DNA from: a virus
Taxonomy: Duplodnaviria; Caudoviricetes
DNA length: 60,790 bases
Reading direction: 5' to 3' (one strand)
Virus record (IMG/VR): IMGVR_UViG_3300044984_001645
Span: 1 to 60,790 of that record
Part shown: piece by piece, positions 57,006 to 60,790 of the stretch
How the letters are laid out: every line of letters begins with the position of its first letter
How positions within the stretch are numbered: the first letter of the stretch is position 1
The notes under the pieces: generated by a model
What the model was told of the DNA's origin: nothing
What the model saw: only the letters and a program-made list of their open reading frames with translations
Database searches by the model: none
Position numbers and translations under genes: made by a program

Positions 57006-57818
57006 TTATCTAAATTTTGGGTTGGGGTGATTCGGTTCTGGATAACTTGGACCATTGTACTTGTAACTACCACTTGAGACATTTGCCCCACGAGAGTCAT
57101 AAACTGAATAACTAGTGTTTATTGATCCGTTTGATGTTGTAATTGGAACCTTATTGTGTCTATTGATTGGTGATTCATCAACTGAGTAGAAGAAATCACC
57201 GTCTGCTAAAGCTTTTGGCATGAAGTCATCATTGTTTGACATCGGGAAGAGGAATGTGCCATTGATCCATTTGATTGCAATAATGGAATATCCAATGATG
57301 TCCAGCAAGGTATCTTGAAGAGACTCATTGGATGGACCGGAATTTTTTTTGATTAAATTCTCAAGGCGAGCTACCTTGTCATGAATCCTGATTACTAAAC
57401 CATTAAGACCAAATTTAGCAATGTTGTCTGAACCGTAATCCCTTTGCTTTTTTGTGACAGTTAGAAGTGTCCAGTCTCTATATTCTTCTAAGTTCAAATC
57501 TTTATCTATTTGCTTCAACGACAAAAAAGAAAGAACTGATAGAATACACCAGTAGTTAGCAATGGCGGAAGCTACTTCAAAATCATTTGTTTTATCATGA
57601 TCCCAAACTTTAACTGTGATCATATAATCAACAATAGTCCTCATATTCTCAACAAAATCATTTCCAAGCACCTTGTTGCACAAAGTAACATTTCTTGTAA
57701 TATCCGCAAAAAGTTCTTCATTTTCATAAATAAATTTGAATAGCTCTTTAACAGTAAGAGAGGCTGCTTCTTCCCAAGATTCTGAAAGTTTTGCTGAGAG
57801 TAGATTGGAGAGGACCAT
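57006..57818 (-). CDS. Protein with nucleotide-modification-associated (Nmad1/DUF1599-like, all-alpha NTP-PPase) domain
   Basis: KKQRDYG...IRIHDKVARLENL...ESLQDTLLDIIGYSII. Confidence 0.75.
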   Translation of the reverse strand: MVLSNLLSAKLSESWEEAASLTVKELFKFIYENEELFADITRNVTLCNKVLGNDFVENMRTIVDYMITVKVWDHDKTNDFEVASAIANYWCILSVLSFLSLKQIDKDLNLEEYRDWTLLTVTKKQRDYGSDNIAKFGLNGLVIRIHDKVARLENLIKKNSGPSNESLQDTLLDIIGYSIIAIKWINGTFLFPMSNNDDFMPKALADGDFFYSVDESPINRHNKVPITTSNGSINTSYSVYDSRGANVSSGSYKYNGPSYPEPNHPNPKFR

Positions 57819-58231
57819 TATTTATTTAATTGACGCTCTTTGTTTGGATCAACGATTTCAAATTGACCACGCTTAATCTTTTTGAAGAAGCCTCTGTTTG
57901 CATTGTAGTAGTTGTAGAAAGTTGGCATAGATATACCTGTTGCGGACACTAGGTCTTGCGGAGTAATTGTCTTACCAATGTTTTCCTTAAGGTAGGCTTC
58001 AATAACACCACTTTTGCGTGAACGCTTTCCCTCTGAAGAGACTGAGTTTGTTGACATTAAGCCATGCTTTTCCCAAACTTCTTTGACAAAATCGGATGGC
58101 ACTCCGTAAAATTTAGCAGTTTCCGAAACAGACATTTGATTCTTCGCTCCGGTCAAAGCTGAAGCAACCTCACGGTAGCTTTCGCTGGGGGTCTTGTCTA
58201 AAATAGACTTAATTTCTTTTTCAGTAATCAT
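57818..58231 (-). CDS. HTH DNA-binding protein
   Basis: SVSETAKFYGV and ITPQDLVSATGISMPTFY. Confidence 0.65.
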   Translation of the reverse strand: MITEKEIKSILDKTPSESYREVASALTGAKNQMSVSETAKFYGVPSDFVKEVWEKHGLMSTNSVSSEGKRSRKSGVIEAYLKENIGKTITPQDLVSATGISMPTFYNYYNANRGFFKKIKRGQFEIVDPNKERQLNK

Positions 58232-58297
58232 TAGATTCCTTTCCTTAGATTAGACAGTTTACACCTCGTGAATAGAAAATCAACTCGGTTTTATAAA

Positions 58298-58903
58298 TTA
58301 TTTTTGCTGAACAAAAGTCTGGAATGGGGCACCCGTGTATGGGTCAAATTTAGACGCTACGGATAGGGCTTTATTGATAGCTGTCTTTGCTTTGGCAAGA
58401 GGAAGTTCTCTGCCGTTACTCAGGGCGTGCAATGCTCCTAGAGCATAAGATGAGCCACTGCCGATGGCGTATATACCAGCTTTGTCTGAAGTCCAAGAAT
58501 AGTCCCCATCAATGATATAGATTGTTCCGTTAATGACCACGACTATTTGTGATGAATGCTCGGCAATGTGATCTTTTGTGTCGTTGTCTGGCATCGCATA
58601 TCCCGTACTCTCAAAGCACTCACGCAAAGCTGGCACAAACTTTTGAGTAATGAACTGGTCAAGTTTTGGACCAGATGTTGTGAAAGTTGGGACTGGGGGA
58701 ATGAAGGCGTGGTGCAGGATATTAATAGCTCTAACATCCCCGGCAGCTCCAAGAAGGTATCTGCCACTTTGGGCAACCTTGCTACTACCTGTTCCAAGAG
58801 TTGTTATCTGATAAGCCATTCCTGATTCATCAAAAGATGAAACTCTGGAGTCGGTACAGATAACTGCATAATCATCGCCTTGGATTCCTACAATTGTTGT
58901 CAT
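58298..58903 (-). CDS. Proteasome beta subunit/HslV-like Ntn threonine protease
   Basis: MTTIVGI...DSR...KV...GAAG...AIGSGSSYALGAL...D..TG. Confidence 0.88.
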   Translation of the reverse strand: MTTIVGIQGDDYAVICTDSRVSSFDESGMAYQITTLGTGSSKVAQSGRYLLGAAGDVRAINILHHAFIPPVPTFTTSGPKLDQFITQKFVPALRECFESTGYAMPDNDTKDHIAEHSSQIVVVINGTIYIIDGDYSWTSDKAGIYAIGSGSSYALGALHALSNGRELPLAKAKTAINKALSVASKFDPYTGAPFQTFVQQK

Positions 58904-59004
58904 TTCTGCCTTTAGATACTAATGGGGCACTCCAAGATATCGGATCTAATCTTTCGAAATAGTACCCGCCAAAGAGTGCCCCAAGCTTAGTATAGCGTAA
59001 TTTG

Positions 59005-59199
59005 CTAAATATTTTCTTTTAAATGATCATCAATATGCTGATCAAGCTTTTGATCAATGACTGTTACATCAGAATGGAGCAGCTTGATCATTTCTGTGAC
59101 TGCTCCGTGATCTTGTTTGTTTTCCTTACGAAACTTCTGTATTAGGGCTACAAGAATAGCCCCAAGTGTTGTGACGAGAGCAGCATAAACTACTTCCAT
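59005..59199 (-). CDS. Small membrane protein (holin-like)
   Basis: N-terminal TM, RKENKQDH...KLDQHIDDH. Confidence 0.6.
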   Translation of the reverse strand: MEVVYAALVTTLGAILVALIQKFRKENKQDHGAVTEMIKLLHSDVTVIDQKLDQHIDDHLKENI

Positions 59200-59204
59200 C
59201 GGTC

Positions 59205-59588
59205 TTACTCTGCGAGCAAGAAGTTTGCGATATCTTCAGCAGGCATATCAAACGAACCAAACTCTGCTTCATGGCTCTTAAGAAGAGAAACTAGGTCACC
59301 CTTTTTAACGGACTCGGGGTCCAATGCGACTTCCTTTGCAGGGGAGGTCTTGCCAGCACCAGAAGTTGGTGTTGAAGCTGATCCGGCTGTAGGGATTGAA
59401 GTAACTTTCTTCTCTGGGTCAAGAGGTACCTCGTTCATCATTGCTTTGATCATGTCTGTTTGTGATTCGTGCCAAGACGCAGCCTTAATGTGGTCTTGCA
59501 TTTGAGTTGCAGCTGTTTTAGCCATCTCTTCATGCCATGACTTCATTGAGGTATGGTCCTGAAACATTTTTTCAATATTATATTTCAT
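59205..59588 (-). CDS. Hypothetical protein
   Basis: RBS AGGAG; His-periodic helix. Confidence 0.6.
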   Translation of the reverse strand: MKYNIEKMFQDHTSMKSWHEEMAKTAATQMQDHIKAASWHESQTDMIKAMMNEVPLDPEKKVTSIPTAGSASTPTSGAGKTSPAKEVALDPESVKKGDLVSLLKSHEAEFGSFDMPAEDIANFLLAE

Positions 59589-59589
59589 A

Positions 59590-60420
59590 TTATTTCTCCT
59601 TATTATTTAATAAATCTCTAATTAAAGAGATGAGGGTAGACATTGAATCTTCTTCCATGTCATCCTCTTCTTCGTATTCATCATCCATTTCTGGCATTAC
59701 GACTCCATCCGGAATTACAGCAAACCTGCATTTTCCTTCATCCTCTACACGCTGGGCGATAATTTTACAAACACCCTCCCCCTCGTATAGAACACAATTT
59801 GCGCACTTAACGCCGATATCTTTAACTTCGTTTTCTTCTGGGCTGTCATATGCAGCATAAATACCAGTCTCATCTTCGTTAAACTTACCGTATCTAGATG
59901 CAATTGTCACCAAGGCATCCGCAAGCGCAGCTTCTTCTTCTACAAGGTCTTCTGCAACCTTATTCACATTTTCTTTTGTCACTCTATAACCTCCTCCTCT
60001 TTTTTTGTATTCCCTAACAAGCCATGCGTTTGCATAGGCTGACGGATATACATCAAACTTTGCTTTTGCCTCCGCCTTGACTCTTGCATAGAGAGCCGGA
60101 TTAGTCGGAACATTACCTTTTTCAACCTTTTCTTTATCTGTTGAGACATTGATTGGTTTTTTGTCATCTCTTGTTTGGGTTGACTCTGCCGTTCTTTTTC
60201 TACGAACTGCGGAGGCAATCTGTTCTGGTGTCATTCTTGCTGCTTTTGAAGCAGGAACGCATTTGGGGTATTTGCCAGTTTTTGCGTCATCTCTGCCACA
60301 AGGCTCAAAACCACCACCTTTTTTAGGTCTGGAAATGTCAACCCATTTTTCGCCAAACCACTCTGTTAGTGATTTCAGTAGATTATCAACTTCTTTTGCA
60401 TCAAGCTTTTGATCAGACAT
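59590..60420 (-). CDS. Multidomain phage protein with HiPIP-like 4-Cys domain
   Basis: WFGEKWVDI...PKCVP; ALYARVKAEAKAKF..YPSAYANAWLV; CANCVLY....CKII......GKC. Confidence 0.7.
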   Translation of the reverse strand: MSDQKLDAKEVDNLLKSLTEWFGEKWVDISRPKKGGGFEPCGRDDAKTGKYPKCVPASKAARMTPEQIASAVRRKRTAESTQTRDDKKPINVSTDKEKVEKGNVPTNPALYARVKAEAKAKFDVYPSAYANAWLVREYKKRGGGYRVTKENVNKVAEDLVEEEAALADALVTIASRYGKFNEDETGIYAAYDSPEENEVKDIGVKCANCVLYEGEGVCKIIAQRVEDEGKCRFAVIPDGVVMPEMDDEYEEEDDMEEDSMSTLISLIRDLLNNKEK

Positions 60421-60443
60421 AGTGTTTCTATTTTATCACGATT

Positions 60444-60731
60444 TCACTTGTAATAGCTATATAGCTCATCTCTTTCCCATCTCTGGACAGGAATGCTAAT
60501 GTTATGAAAGGCAATGTATGCATCTTCTGATGAGTAATATATTCTCGCATAGGCTTTTCGAGCACCCTCGTCATAGACAGGGCACGCAGGATTTGGGTCT
60601 AAATATAGAGCTTTGTATTGATACTTATCAGGCTCGTAGTGAACTGCATTCACAACCTTCATCTCTTTCATACAGTACGGACACACTTTTACGGGATACG
60701 GAAAATCTTTAATTAGTTGACCAAAAATCAT
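60444..60731 (-). CDS. Hypothetical protein
   Basis: RBS GGAGG; CPYC. Confidence 0.6.
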   Translation of the reverse strand: MIFGQLIKDFPYPVKVCPYCMKEMKVVNAVHYEPDKYQYKALYLDPNPACPVYDEGARKAYARIYYSSEDAYIAFHNISIPVQRWERDELYSYYK

Positions 60732-60790
60732 TCTTCCTCCGCTTTTGAGTTCAAGATATAGTCAATAATATCATCCACTGACTTGTTTGC

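Noticed and set aside
58923-58982. tRNA or tmRNA fragment (GGGGCAC...GTGCCCCA)
   Set aside because: Only about 60 nt, folds as one hairpin, no T-loop or D-arm
1-60790. Stop-codon recoding or diversity-generating retroelement
   Set aside because: Core genes are intact in the standard code with all three stops used; no reverse transcriptase or TR/VR pair seen

Overview
A 60.8 kb segment of a large lytic dsDNA tailed phage, most likely infecting Actinobacteria (two WhiB genes, an Rpf-like transglycosylase, a proteasome-beta-like protease, leaderless promoters, an actinobacterial-type SOS box). Layout: tail and fibre genes (1-6 kb); a replication, recombination and modification block with DnaB, primase, SSB, DnaE, RecA, a Cas4-like nuclease, two resolvases, methyl- and glycosyltransferases (6-25 kb); the terminase pair (25-27.5 kb); a ~20 kb AT-rich + strand run of mostly small hypothetical genes with tRNA-Arg (29.5-49.5 kb); a ~1 kb non-coding region with DnaA boxes and a LexA-like box (49.5-50.5 kb); an array of seven self-contained one-gene expression cassettes on the - strand (50.5-54.3 kb); then tRNA-Asn and - strand accessory genes. 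The cassette array is the standout. Each unit has the same promoter with a 20-bp spacer, a short ORF and an intrinsic terminator, and units are separated by covarying hairpins with a GCTNNAGC apex. The cassette ORFs lack GATC, AGCT and CCGG. A bipartite motif next to and within the array also occurs three times between the terminase genes. All calls are by eye from motifs; no database searches or computations were run.
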